DNA of 64,000 nt from a virus (Duplodnaviria > Caudoviricetes). The translations under genes and the position numbers were made by a program. Numbering within the stretch: the first letter of the stretch is position 1; every line of letters starts with the position of its first letter. The stretch is from IMG/VR virus record IMGVR_UViG_3300044627_003892; one strand, 5' to 3'. Of the stretch, positions 8,638 to 18,225 are shown in pieces. The notes below the pieces were generated by a model that saw only the letters and a program-made list of their open reading frames with translations, had not been told where the DNA came from and made no database searches.

Positions 8638-8994
8638 ATGAAATATCTTATCACCGAATCAAAATTAAAAACATTCATTAAAAACAAGTTTAATATTGAC
8701 CTGACAGGTCGTGTGGAATTTGAACCTGATTCATATGAATTATTGGTTTATTTTGATAACTATCTTACTCAAGATAGTTTAGCAAGAAGACGGAGAATGG
8801 ATAACTATGGTCCGATATATTTTATAGAATTAGATAATGGAAATAAAATATTTTATCAAATGAATTATAGTTCAGACAGTCCTTTAATTCTTAGTAACGA
8901 AGGTGCTCAATATACTGAATCACAATTTATGAATTTACTTGGTATCTCAGGTCTTGGAATATCAATTGAACAATTTCTTGATTTATACGTATAA
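8638..8994 (+). CDS. MKYLITE-leader protein
   Basis: Start reassigned to MKYLITESKL at 8638, after TATTTATA. Confidence 0.7.
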   Translation: MKYLITESKLKTFIKNKFNIDLTGRVEFEPDSYELLVYFDNYLTQDSLARRRRMDNYGPIYFIELDNGNKIFYQMNYSSDSPLILSNEGAQYTESQFMNLLGISGLGISIEQFLDLYV

Positions 8995-9009
8995 GATACT
9001 TAATCACTA

Positions 9010-9810
9010 TTAGATTAACGTACCAACATATCCTAATGCATCCCAATGACTCTTTCCTTTTGGTGTCTTAGTTGCACCCGCTACCACATCTAATCCTCTT
9101 GCTTTCGATGGACCTGTAATAACATGTGATGATGGAACTCCTTTACCTACCGCAGACTGAACTGAACTTGATGTATTCTTAGATATAGCGTAAGGTTCTA
9201 CTATGAATAACTTACTTTTGTTTTTAATAAGAGAAGCAACTTTAGATGAGTATGAACATCCTGCACTGAATAATACAACTGTCGCGTTAGGATTTTGTAT
9301 GATTGCGGTTTCAATCTTATCAAATTGATTATATCTATATCCTATAACATTTTTCTTTGAACTATTACTTTTAAGTAAGTTTATTTGTTCACCTATGTTT
9401 AAGTCTCCCTTTCTATAATCTAATCCACCCATTAATATAACATCAACAATTGGAGCTTTAGAATCTTTTTTATCATCAGACTCCGTTGATTCGTATATGA
9501 CATCAACACATTCTTTATTATAAAACCTTTCTAAGTCATCCCTCATGTAGTTTTCTACATACGTAACACCATCTTTATATTTTAACCACTCAGACAACGG
9601 ACCATCGGTATCAGAACCATCTGTAATCATGTCCATAATTTCATGTTGTATACCACGCATGAATGCTTCAAAGTTTTCAAAATCACATGGATAATTAGTT
9701 ACATTGTTATCCCATACAAACGATTTAAATCTATTCAATCTTCTTTTGAACTTTGGTGAAAAATCTGTTTCTTCCCTTAATACTTTTTTTATATTCTCTT
9801 GTAGGTTCAT
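9010..9810 (-). CDS. MNLQE-leader protein with possible alpha/beta-hydrolase-like C-terminal domain
   Basis: Leader motif; C-terminal VILMGGLDY...VLFSAGC...H. Confidence 0.6.
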   Translation of the reverse strand: MNLQENIKKVLREETDFSPKFKRRLNRFKSFVWDNNVTNYPCDFENFEAFMRGIQHEIMDMITDGSDTDGPLSEWLKYKDGVTYVENYMRDDLERFYNKECVDVIYESTESDDKKDSKAPIVDVILMGGLDYRKGDLNIGEQINLLKSNSSKKNVIGYRYNQFDKIETAIIQNPNATVVLFSAGCSYSSKVASLIKNKSKLFIVEPYAISKNTSSSVQSAVGKGVPSSHVITGPSKARGLDVVAGATKTPKGKSHWDALGYVGTLI

Positions 9811-9842
9811 AATATTATAAATATAATTATATTTATTATTAC

Positions 9843-10214
9843 ATGAAGTATATTATTACCGAGTCACAACATAAATTAATATCCGAACTTGAAAGAACTT
9901 GGAGAGATTCTGAATATACGGAACAATACAATAGACTAAAACCTAAAATGATTCGTTATTTTGAAAATTTGGTTGATTCACATTCTGAAAATGATGTAAG
10001 ACTTAACTTATTTGATAGTGACCAAAACGCCGTAATGGTTTATAATAAACCAAGTGGTGATTTATACTATAATAGGAACTTTGACGATATATATGGTACA
10101 GCCTTTCCTCATCCCATTTGGTTAGTTCACGGCAAATTCATTATGTCAGATGTATTTAATGAGTTCTTTCCTGACTACGAAGTTAAATCAGTTAGAAGTA
10201 TAACATTATCATGA
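9843..10214 (+). CDS. MKYIITESQ-leader protein
   Basis: Leader motif. Confidence 0.7.
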   Translation: MKYIITESQHKLISELERTWRDSEYTEQYNRLKPKMIRYFENLVDSHSENDVRLNLFDSDQNAVMVYNKPSGDLYYNRNFDDIYGTAFPHPIWLVHGKFIMSDVFNEFFPDYEVKSVRSITLS

Positions 10215-10549
10215 AATATTTAATCACAGAATCACAATTAGATAAAGCAATACTCAAGTTTCTTGATAGTCAGGATTTTAATATAACTAAAATTGGTGCC
10301 AGTACATATATTTCATACCCTGAAGATGATTTTGCTCAGATTAAATATGGTGGTAATCATTCCAATAATGAATTGTGTTTTATCTATAAAGGTTTAATTG
10401 AAGCAATTTCTTCCTTCTTTTCTCTTAACAGTTATCAATCCACCAGAATTGTTGGGCAATGGGTTAAGAAAAAACTGAATTTGGAGGGTCAAATGTCCAA
10501 CAAGATAATGAGCTCCCAATGGTCGTTAAAATTACCAACTGAAGATTAA
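10211..10549 (+). CDS. MKYLITESQL-family protein
   Basis: Paralog of 4372 (AQIKY...ISSFFSL...IVGQWV). Confidence 0.8.
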   Translation: MKYLITESQLDKAILKFLDSQDFNITKIGASTYISYPEDDFAQIKYGGNHSNNELCFIYKGLIEAISSFFSLNSYQSTRIVGQWVKKKLNLEGQMSNKIMSSQWSLKLPTED

Positions 10550-10585
10550 TTTGTATTTTCAAAGTTTTTTTGTATCTTTGTGCTT

Positions 10586-11224
10586 ATGGTTACAGATAAG
10601 CTAAAACAACTCATATTCAAACACCTATACAAAGAGTTAGGTAATGTGGAGATAATCCCGTATAAAGACTCTGTATGGTTCATTGATAGGGAAAATTGTT
10701 ATTGGTATTTTCAGTTGTCTAAAGATGGATGTTTATTTTGGAGATACTCATTCTTCCCATCGTTTTTCAGTATTTTCTCTTTGGAGCAAAGTGAGTTTGA
10801 ACCAATAATATCTTCTTGGGTGGAAGAGGTATTAAATCATAAGGTATCCACGACAGGTAATAAGCTCGGTTACTTCTCGCGAAAGGTGGAAGAGGTATTA
10901 AATCATAAGGTATCCACAACAAAAATGTTTGTAATTGACGAATTTCCTCTGGTGGAAGAGGTATTAAATCATAAGGTATCCACAACTGAAGAGAAAACTA
11001 CTGTAACAGCAAAGTGGGTGGAAGAGGTCTTAAATCATAAGGTATCCGAAACTTTTGAAGTAGACGCCGCCCAAAAAAGAAAGGTAAAAAAAGTATTAGA
11101 TAGTAGGGTATCAACAACTAAAAATAATTCCTTATTTTCCGAAAGGTCAGTGGAAGAAGTATTAAATAGTGCTTGGGTGAAAAAGGCATTAAACAATAAA
11201 AAAGAAAATGAAAGTAACGGATAG
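10586..11224 (+). CDS. array-bearing protein 2
   Basis: ATG 5 nt after TATCTTTG; same N-terminal domain plus VEEVLNHKVSTT repeats. Confidence 0.85.
   Translation: MVTDKLKQLIFKHLYKELGNVEIIPYKDSVWFIDRENCYWYFQLSKDGCLFWRYSFFPSFFSIFSLEQSEFEPIISSWVEEVLNHKVSTTGNKLGYFSRKVEEVLNHKVSTTKMFVIDEFPLVEEVLNHKVSTTEEKTTVTAKWVEEVLNHKVSETFEVDAAQKRKVKKVLDSRVSTTKNNSLFSERSVEEVLNSAWVKKALNNKKENESNG
10819..11170 (+). CRISPR. CRISPR-like in-frame array (5 repeats + partial, 5 spacers of 30 nt)
   Basis: Repeats at 10819, 10885, 10951, 11017, 11083 (degenerate), 11149 (partial); 66-nt period. Confidence 0.65.
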
Positions 11225-11819
11225 ATTAAGACAACTCATATTCAAACAACTATACAAAGAATTAGGTAATGTGGAAATTATCCCTACCCAATACAGTTAT
11301 TGGTTTATTAATAGAGAAGAAAAATACTGGTATTTCCAACTAACTGAAAGTGGATGTTTATATTGGAGATATGATTATTTCAAATCTTTCTTTTCTTTTT
11401 TCTCTTTGGAGTCCAAAGATTTTGAACCAATTATTTCATCTTGGGTGGAAGAGGTATTGAATAGTAAAGTATCCACAACAATTGTGCAGATGCATCATAA
11501 GAAGGATTCGGTGGAAGAGGTATTGAATAGTAAGGTATCCACAACTCAGCAATTCAGTTTCACTTCGAATGATATGATGGAAGAGGTATTGAATAGTAAG
11601 GTATCCACAACTGCAGGAAAGGCAGGAACTGTAACCATTGCGGTGGAACAGGTATTGAATCGTAAGGTATCCAAAACAGTCCGTGACGTAGGTGAAGGAA
11701 ACTTTTTGGTGGAAGATATATTGAATCGTAAGGTATCCAAAACGGAAGAATTCATCTCAAGAAGAGCGGAATCGGTATATGAGGCATTAAACAACAAAAA
11801 AGAAAATGAAAGTAACTGA
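11208..11819 (+). CDS. array-bearing protein 3 (VEEVLNSKVSTT variant)
   Basis: Paralog overlapping the previous stop; repeat variant LNSK/LNRK. Confidence 0.85.
   Translation: MKVTDRLRQLIFKQLYKELGNVEIIPTQYSYWFINREEKYWYFQLTESGCLYWRYDYFKSFFSFFSLESKDFEPIISSWVEEVLNSKVSTTIVQMHHKKDSVEEVLNSKVSTTQQFSFTSNDMMEEVLNSKVSTTAGKAGTVTIAVEQVLNRKVSKTVRDVGEGNFLVEDILNRKVSKTEEFISRRAESVYEALNNKKENESN
11444..11795 (+). CRISPR. CRISPR-like in-frame array (5 repeats + partial, 5 spacers of 30 nt)
   Basis: Repeats at 11444, 11510, 11576, 11642, 11708, 11774 (partial); consensus GGTGGAAGAGGTATTGAATAGTAAGGTATCCACAAC. Confidence 0.65.
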
Positions 11820-12540
11820 TAGATTAAAACAGGTTGTATTCAAACAACTATACAAAGAATTAGGTAATGTGGAGATAATCCCATATAAAGATTCTATATG
11901 GTTAATTGACCGAGAAAAGGAGCATTGGTATTTTGAATTTGAAAAGAGTGGTCGTTTGTGGTGGAGATATTATTTCTTTAATAGTTTTTTTACTATTTTC
12001 TCATTGGAACCCAAAGATTTTGAACCAATACTCTCTTCTTGGGTGGAAGAGGTATTAAATCATAAGGTGCCCACAACTGAATTGTGTGCGGAGAAAAAGT
12101 ATGATGAGGTGGAAGAGGTATTAAATCATAAGGTATCTACAACTGTTTACATGGGCATGAAGGCAAGTGTGAAGATGGAAGAGGTATTAAATCATAAGGT
12201 ATCCACAACGCAAAACGATATCGGTAAAGAAGGTTTCTTGGTGGAAGATGTATTAAATCATAAGGTATCTACAACACAAACGACGAATGCGGAACAAGTG
12301 GTTTTGGTGGAAAAGGCATTAAATCATAAGGTGTCTACAATATCATTCAATACACCGCCGTTTCCGAATATGGTGGAGAAGGTATTAAATCATAAGGTGT
12401 CTAAAACCTATTGTAGACCCACTATTGTTCCCAGTGAGGTGAAAGAAGTCCTAAATCATAAGGTAACTACAACACACACATCACGTACATGTAATTCACC
12501 AGTGGTGGAAGAGGTATTAAATGAAAACCCCACTGAGTAG
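11806..12540 (+). CDS. array-bearing protein 4
   Basis: Paralog with 7 variable inserts. Confidence 0.85.
   Translation: MKVTDRLKQVVFKQLYKELGNVEIIPYKDSIWLIDREKEHWYFEFEKSGRLWWRYYFFNSFFTIFSLEPKDFEPILSSWVEEVLNHKVPTTELCAEKKYDEVEEVLNHKVSTTVYMGMKASVKMEEVLNHKVSTTQNDIGKEGFLVEDVLNHKVSTTQTTNAEQVVLVEKALNHKVSTISFNTPPFPNMVEKVLNHKVSKTYCRPTIVPSEVKEVLNHKVTTTHTSRTCNSPVVEEVLNENPTE
12042..12522 (+). CRISPR. CRISPR-like in-frame array (7 repeats + partial, 7 spacers of 30 nt)
   Basis: Repeats at 12042, 12108, 12174, 12240, 12306, 12372, 12438, 12504 (partial). Confidence 0.65.
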
Positions 12541-12593
12541 CGAATTCAATGGGGTTAATGTAGCCTAAACTACAACGGTCCTAAGTCCGTATC

Positions 12594-13214
12594 TTAAGTA
12601 TTTTTATCTCTAAGTCTTTCATCTGTTTCTTCTTGGACTTCAGGTATGAATCTATCCAAGATTATTTCATACACTTCTGGTAAGTAAAACGTATTATACC
12701 AATCAAATAAATTATCAACACTATTAAAAAAATAATTACCATTATGTGTATTATGTGTAAGTTCCACAAAATAATCACCATCACCACTTGTATCGTATAT
12801 TCCTACATTAGGTTTCTTTGAGTCATCTTCTAATCCATACCAATCAAGTTCAACGGGTGTATAATCAGCAGTTGCAAAAAAAGGTGTTGCCATTACCCAT
12901 ATTTTTTCTAATACATTAGGTGGATAGTGTCCCGATTTAAACTGCCTTGTCCAATAAAACACATCATCACTACTTATTTCAATTTCAAATCCTTTATATT
13001 TTGCAGGTAAATTACCATTTTCAATATTTTCAACCAATAGTTCTTTAGCAACAAATTCATCAATTTTTAAATCAGACATTTTGTATAAATAGGTAAGACT
13101 CACACCCATCATTTTTGCCGTCTTATAAACACCATGTTTACCAACAGTATCCATAATGAATTTACTCTTTTTATCTTCCCTTAATACTCTTCTTATGTGT
13201 TCCTGTAGATTCAT
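12594..13214 (-). CDS. MNLQE-leader family protein
   Basis: MNLQEHIRRVLRED. Confidence 0.75.
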   Translation of the reverse strand: MNLQEHIRRVLREDKKSKFIMDTVGKHGVYKTAKMMGVSLTYLYKMSDLKIDEFVAKELLVENIENGNLPAKYKGFEIEISSDDVFYWTRQFKSGHYPPNVLEKIWVMATPFFATADYTPVELDWYGLEDDSKKPNVGIYDTSGDGDYFVELTHNTHNGNYFFNSVDNLFDWYNTFYLPEVYEIILDRFIPEVQEETDERLRDKNT

Positions 13215-13215
13215 A

Positions 13216-13644
13216 TTAATTACTTTTACCTGTTCCTTTATTGATTAATTTTATACAGTTAGATGATATATTCTCAAATGTCACAATATGATGTTCATAA
13301 TCTCCACCTTCGAAATGTGCATCTCTATACCAAGTAACCCCAGCACATTCTGTATCTATTAACCATGTGTCATCATCATAACCATCACTAAACATATCTT
13401 CTTTATCCAATGAATCTGTGGCAAAAATTGCTGGTTGACATTCCGTATACCATTCACCATATAAATCCATTGCGTGATTCTCATAACATTCCCCTACCGA
13501 TGTCAACAACCCATTAAGTCGTATATTCTTTCTCCATACCGAATTTGATTTATGGACCACAAACTTATTAGGTGTATATTCATCTCCTGATGGAGAATAT
13601 AGTTCTTCCCTTAATATTCGTCTTATTGTTTCTTGTAGGTTCAT
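13216..13644 (-). CDS. MNLQE-leader protein, possible ADP-ribosyltransferase-like fold
   Basis: Leader motif; VVHKS...NIRLNGL...IFAT...IVTFENI pattern reminiscent of Tpt1/ART-like domains (weak). Confidence 0.5.
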   Translation of the reverse strand: MNLQETIRRILREELYSPSGDEYTPNKFVVHKSNSVWRKNIRLNGLLTSVGECYENHAMDLYGEWYTECQPAIFATDSLDKEDMFSDGYDDDTWLIDTECAGVTWYRDAHFEGGDYEHHIVTFENISSNCIKLINKGTGKSN

Positions 13645-14108
13645 TTCTTTGTATTTTTAACACAGTTAGGGTATCTCTTACCAAACATAGTTTTCATTCC
13701 TTTTTGAGTATATCCTTTCCAACATCTTTCAGTTAATTCACCTTCTTTCATCTCCTGAGTTTTCTTTTTAGATTGTTCTTTTTTGGATTCAATATATTCA
13801 AAGGCAGTTCTTAATCTTTTCTTAACCTCAGGGTCTTTCGCTCTTTCCAAAGCCACTCGTAATCTTTGATGAATTAGATTTATAATCTGAGACTGACGAG
13901 CGTGTGATTTAGATTTGAAACTTTCTTTGTTTAAAGTATCTACAATATCTTGTTTTGTTCTGAACTTAACCGATACAGTATCCTTTGGGTTTTCATCAGT
14001 ATATAATCTTCTGTCGGAATCTTTTGGTTTCTTACCTGTTCCAACTTTGGGGTCTGACTCAACCAAGTATTTCCTCAATAATCTTCTTATTTGTTCTTGT
14101 AGGTTCAT
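13641..14108 (-). CDS. MNLQE-leader basic protein
   Basis: MNLQEQIRRLLRK. Confidence 0.7.
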   Translation of the reverse strand: MNLQEQIRRLLRKYLVESDPKVGTGKKPKDSDRRLYTDENPKDTVSVKFRTKQDIVDTLNKESFKSKSHARQSQIINLIHQRLRVALERAKDPEVKKRLRTAFEYIESKKEQSKKKTQEMKEGELTERCWKGYTQKGMKTMFGKRYPNCVKNTKK

Positions 14109-14109
14109 A

Positions 14110-14745
14110 TTATCTATTATCTAATCTATTAACCTCATTATTACGAAGTTTATTCAAATACATCCATTCTAAAGACCCAGGCTCTCTTTCTTCTAACGCC
14201 AATAAATCTTTTTTACGCCATAGTGTATTGTTCATAATAACCTTAATCATCTCGTCTTGAGTAACTCCTTCAGGTACTTCTTTAATTGGTGGAACACACG
14301 TATATGACCTATCATTAAATGATAATTCTTCAACAGATATATCATTTCTACCCATCATATTTGAGATTTTACTTAAAAAAGTATCTTCAAACCATTCTTC
14401 AATTATATAATAAAGATAATTTCTTCTAACAGGAAAAGCCCCTAATAGTCCACCAACAAAATCTTCTTGTACTGATAATGTTGAAGATTCAAATTGTCTT
14501 TTAGACGTTGGGGTTTTATCGTTAGTTTCTTCAAAGAACAATGCAAGATTCATTATTTGTTTTCCATTCTTACAAAACTCAAAATCGTGTCTTGTTTTAT
14601 AACTTTCAACGTGGTATATTTCAGCACCTGAAGCCATACTATTCAATCTATCCAAAATAAATTTCTCGGATTTTTCACTCGGTTTCAAATACTTCTTGTT
14701 AACCTCTTCTCTTAATACTCTTTTTATGTGTTCCTGTAAGTTCAT
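14110..14745 (-). CDS. MNLQE-leader family protein
   Basis: MNLQEHIKRVLREE. Confidence 0.75.
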   Translation of the reverse strand: MNLQEHIKRVLREEVNKKYLKPSEKSEKFILDRLNSMASGAEIYHVESYKTRHDFEFCKNGKQIMNLALFFEETNDKTPTSKRQFESSTLSVQEDFVGGLLGAFPVRRNYLYYIIEEWFEDTFLSKISNMMGRNDISVEELSFNDRSYTCVPPIKEVPEGVTQDEMIKVIMNNTLWRKKDLLALEEREPGSLEWMYLNKLRNNEVNRLDNR

Positions 14746-14754
14746 AATATATAA

Positions 14755-15063
14755 TTAGTCGTAATGTAAATAAATATAAAATTTGAATGGGAAAAACCTT
14801 GTAATGATTGAACCAATTTCTTTAATTGTTTCTTGTTTTACTTTATTAAAACCTTTGGGATTATCTATCGCATATTGTCTATCATAAAATATATTAACTT
14901 GAAATCCATTCATCATTTCGTCATAATCAAACTCAACACGTTTAACTGCCTTAAATTTTAGTTTGCTGAATAATGTATTAGCAGTTTTTACAAAATGCTC
15001 CACCTTATCAAACTTTTCAGTCTCCTCTTTTAATACTTTTTTTATGTGTTCTTGTAGGTTCAT
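14755..15063 (-). CDS. MNLQE-leader family protein
   Basis: MNLQEHIKKVLKEE. Confidence 0.75.
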   Translation of the reverse strand: MNLQEHIKKVLKEETEKFDKVEHFVKTANTLFSKLKFKAVKRVEFDYDEMMNGFQVNIFYDRQYAIDNPKGFNKVKQETIKEIGSIITRFFPFKFYIYLHYD

Positions 15064-15067
15064 ATAA

Positions 15068-15403
15068 TTAATATTTAACTATCTCTTCCCCATCAGGATT
15101 TAACACTTTAATAAAAACTTGTTCAATAAGTGCCGTGTTTAAATTAATATTTAAAAAATTAAGAAGGTATTTCAGATGATAATCATAAAGATAATGTGGG
15201 TCAAATCCTTTTTCATAAATGTTATATTCATTAATCGTTGGGTCATTTAACTTAACAGTAACATGAAGTTTATAAAAAGGAAAAGAATCGTCACCATCCC
15301 AATCAACATTAACATCAATATTATCAATCATCGGATATATATTTTTAATATATTCCGAATTGAAAAGTTTATTTAATACTTTATCAGTTAAAATCATATT
15401 CAA
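15068..15403 (-). CDS. hypothetical phage protein
   Basis: 111-aa ORF in the same operon. Confidence 0.65.
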   Translation of the reverse strand: MNMILTDKVLNKLFNSEYIKNIYPMIDNIDVNVDWDGDDSFPFYKLHVTVKLNDPTINEYNIYEKGFDPHYLYDYHLKYLLNFLNINLNTALIEQVFIKVLNPDGEEIVKY

Positions 15404-15472
15404 ATTTGTCCTTCAAATTCATTATAATATAAATACTTTTATTTTATATATTTATGTTATATATTTAATCAC

Positions 15473-15991
15473 ATGGAAAAATCATTTTTAGAATCATTAA
15501 GTCAAAAGTTATTATACACAATCCTATATGTCGCTAAAACATCGTTTGATGGTGAAAAAATTGTATTAAACGATATAGAGCATTCATATATTGTAGAAAC
15601 TTTTGAGTCGGCAATTAATTCTGCTATTGGAACAGGAAGAAAAAATTTAGATTATATTGATATAGATTTCATTTTTAATCTTTATGTATTAAATGTTGAT
15701 AAAATCACCACAAATAAAGCTTTTGCTGATTTAACAATACCTGAACCTAAAGAATATACTTATGATGTTTCTGAAAATCGTGTTCAATATGTTGAAACGG
15801 TATATAGAAATACGATAACCAGTTATTCAAAACATTCTGTGACACCAATTATAGAACTTTCACAAAATGATGGTAATTTTGATTATTACTATGGAAAAGA
15901 AGTTAGTGATATTATTACCGATTCTGAAATTCAAGAAGTTAATGTACTTTGGGGAACTATAAAAGAATTTTCACCAGATAAAAGAAAATAA
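15473..15991 (+). CDS. hypothetical phage protein
   Basis: 172-aa ORF. Confidence 0.65.
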   Translation: MEKSFLESLSQKLLYTILYVAKTSFDGEKIVLNDIEHSYIVETFESAINSAIGTGRKNLDYIDIDFIFNLYVLNVDKITTNKAFADLTIPEPKEYTYDVSENRVQYVETVYRNTITSYSKHSVTPIIELSQNDGNFDYYYGKEVSDIITDSEIQEVNVLWGTIKEFSPDKRK

Positions 15992-16108
15992 TTTGTCAGT
16001 ATAAGTTTTTATCATTACATTTGTAGTAATGAAAAAGAGCGACAAAATAGAATCCGTAATCTTTACACTTGTTGCCTTGGTTGCAGTTGTATCAATGATT
16101 TTTATAGG

Positions 16109-16426
16109 ATGTTAATAAAAGAACAAATAAAGAAATTTATTGAATCCCAAAATGTTGAAATATTAAATGATGGTAGTTACTATTTTTTAAAAGTTTCATC
16201 TTTGGAATTACCTATTTGTGTGATAAACTCAACCAAATACGCATATGGTAATAAAGAATTCATTAAAACAATTTCAACCTTACACTCTGTCCCAAAGGCA
16301 TTGGTAATTGAAGTGTTTAATGAATGGGTACAATCACAATTTAATAACGAATTGAAGAGTGTTATATTTTTAGGTTCACCAATTTATAAGTTCATCGCTA
16401 ATTTAGAAATACCATTCCCCAATTGA
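16109..16426 (+). CDS. hypothetical phage protein
   Basis: 105-aa ORF; EVFNEWV segment recalls the paralog family. Confidence 0.55.
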   Translation: MLIKEQIKKFIESQNVEILNDGSYYFLKVSSLELPICVINSTKYAYGNKEFIKTISTLHSVPKALVIEVFNEWVQSQFNNELKSVIFLGSPIYKFIANLEIPFPN

Positions 16427-16479
16427 TTATATCAATTTTTACTACTAAACTTATACAAACAAATAAAAAATAAAACAAA

Positions 16480-16692
16480 ATGGCAAAAGGTTCATCAAAA
16501 GGTATCTACACCTCTAAAGTAGGTTTCTACGACATTTACAAAACTTTACCAAGTCCAAAAGGTGGTTCAGTTGAATTCGTTATTTACCATTCAAAGAAAT
16601 TAGTGGCTAAAGGTTTAAAACAGAAAGAAGAAGCAGTTGAAAAATGTTTGTCGTTACTTGGAGCAAAATACAAATCAGTCTACGGTCTATAA
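16480..16692 (+). CDS. small basic hypothetical protein
   Basis: 70-aa ORF followed by a terminator. Confidence 0.6.
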   Translation: MAKGSSKGIYTSKVGFYDIYKTLPSPKGGSVEFVIYHSKKLVAKGLKQKEEAVEKCLSLLGAKYKSVYGL

Positions 16693-16725
16693 AAACGTAT
16701 CCGTCCTGAAACGATAACAATAAAT

Positions 16726-16753
16726 AAAAAACCCCTAATTCAAGGGGTTTTTT
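16726..16753. terminator. bidirectional intrinsic terminator
   Basis: aaaaaacccct-aattca-aggggtttttt between convergent genes. Confidence 0.7.
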
Positions 16754-16758
16754 AATGT

Positions 16759-17058
16759 TTATTTTCTTTTCTTTTTAGCTCTTCCATCACAATGGGCTCT
16801 CTGACTGAATCCTCTTGGAGCGTTACAGTTAATACTTCTCTTGTATTCATCTGTCCACTTCTCCATGATTTGTTCCAACTCATCAATATAATCAAACTTC
16901 TGTTTGAAGGATGGGTGGTCTTTCATATCATCCCCATGAACATCGTCGTTGTAATCAGTATCAGCCTTCTCATCGTAAGGTTCTGACACATCTTTAGACT
17001 CTCTGATAACTCCCATCATCTGTCTAATTTTTCCAAGTTGTTCTGTTAGTTTTGTCAT
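16759..17058 (-). CDS. hypothetical protein with leader-like N-terminus
   Basis: MTKLTEQLGKIRQMMGVIRES; C-terminal INCNAPRGFSQRAHC. Confidence 0.6.
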   Translation of the reverse strand: MTKLTEQLGKIRQMMGVIRESKDVSEPYDEKADTDYNDDVHGDDMKDHPSFKQKFDYIDELEQIMEKWTDEYKRSINCNAPRGFSQRAHCDGRAKKKRK

Positions 17059-17099
17059 ACCAATAAATATTTGGATGAACCTAAATTGTGATAAATCTA

Positions 17100-17696
17100 T
17101 TACACAATATCTTTTGTTTCAATCAATGTATATGTAAAACGATTTCCGTGAATGTCTTTTGACTTACGACAAATCTTCATAAACTCTTCAAAGTCCGCAG
17201 CCTTCTTAAAGACCTGACATCCTTCAGACCAATTCTCAACATATGTTGAATCAGCACCTGCCTTGTGAATGTTAATACCATAAACACCTTCAGTGATTTT
17301 GTTCTCATCATAAGTCATATCTTTATTGGCATCACGATAAACTTTAACCGCTCTATCCTGTCCCAAAGCTTCGTACTTACCCTGATGTAATCTGATAATA
17401 TGTGAACCACGGTATTGACCTTCAACCAAACGAGCAACACCATCTTTGTTGTGGTATTCCATTACACCCTTCTTACCTGGGTCAGTCGTTGCCGGCCAAA
17501 CGTGACACTTCCATTGTCCATTCTCTTTGTAAGAAATAGTTAAATAATCATCAAAAGCATTTGTAACCTTTTGTCCTGTTGCAGTGTTTCTGATTCCAAC
17601 GATGTTAACATCGTAACCTTTATTAGCAGTATCTTCAAACCATACATAACCTTTTGATTTTACCGCAGTTTCAATTTGTTCTTTTGTGTAACTCAT
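17100..17696 (-). CDS. L,D-transpeptidase-like (YkuD-fold) putative peptidoglycan hydrolase/endolysin
   Basis: GINIHKAG...NWSEGCQV resembles the H-x(n)-S-x-G-C catalytic motif. Confidence 0.6.
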   Translation of the reverse strand: MSYTKEQIETAVKSKGYVWFEDTANKGYDVNIVGIRNTATGQKVTNAFDDYLTISYKENGQWKCHVWPATTDPGKKGVMEYHNKDGVARLVEGQYRGSHIIRLHQGKYEALGQDRAVKVYRDANKDMTYDENKITEGVYGINIHKAGADSTYVENWSEGCQVFKKAADFEEFMKICRKSKDIHGNRFTYTLIETKDIV

Positions 17697-17736
17697 AGTA
17701 TATTTGTTTTACTATAAGTATTTATATAATAAGAAA

Positions 17737-18093
17737 ATGACATACGGAGAACACTTAAAAAATCATATTGAAAGGATATTACCTAAAGCCTTGTCAAAGT
17801 TTGAACAGGATAAAGGTTTTAATCTTCCTAATATTAGGATTAATCGTATTGAAGCTTATCCGTCTAAACAAGAATGGATGAGAGGTAATATTGTTTTCGG
17901 AAGTGTCTTTGTCGATGTAAGTGTTGATATTAAAGATGGTAGAATGGGTAAACTTAAATCTTTTTTAACCAATCTTATTTCCAACGCAATGGACTCACTT
18001 AATTACAAATACGACAATATATATCTTAATATAGAACAATCAGATGATTTGATAGAAGAGTCAATCAAAAAGGAACTCAGAAAATTGAGATAA
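17737..18093 (+). CDS. hypothetical phage protein
   Basis: Start MTYGE after a TATTTATA motif. Confidence 0.6.
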   Translation: MTYGEHLKNHIERILPKALSKFEQDKGFNLPNIRINRIEAYPSKQEWMRGNIVFGSVFVDVSVDIKDGRMGKLKSFLTNLISNAMDSLNYKYDNIYLNIEQSDDLIEESIKKELRKLR

Positions 18094-18225
18094 GAATAAA
18101 GTAGATTACCAAAGCAAAAAGGTAATGAAATACAAACTCACCCAACTCTTCCTTGAATGTTGGTTTTTCTTTAGTTGTTAGTAACCTAACAAACCTTGCA
18201 ATCACTACCCACAATAATACATTTA

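Noticed and set aside
10767-10985. Antisense ORF with WIPYDLIPLPP repeats (also 11546..11797)
   Set aside because: Shadow of the 36-bp repeats on the opposite strand; no promoter or paralog-wide open frame.
3325-12522. Diversity-generating retroelement as the source of variation
   Set aside because: No reverse transcriptase or template repeat seen in the window, and inserts differ at all bases rather than only at adenines.
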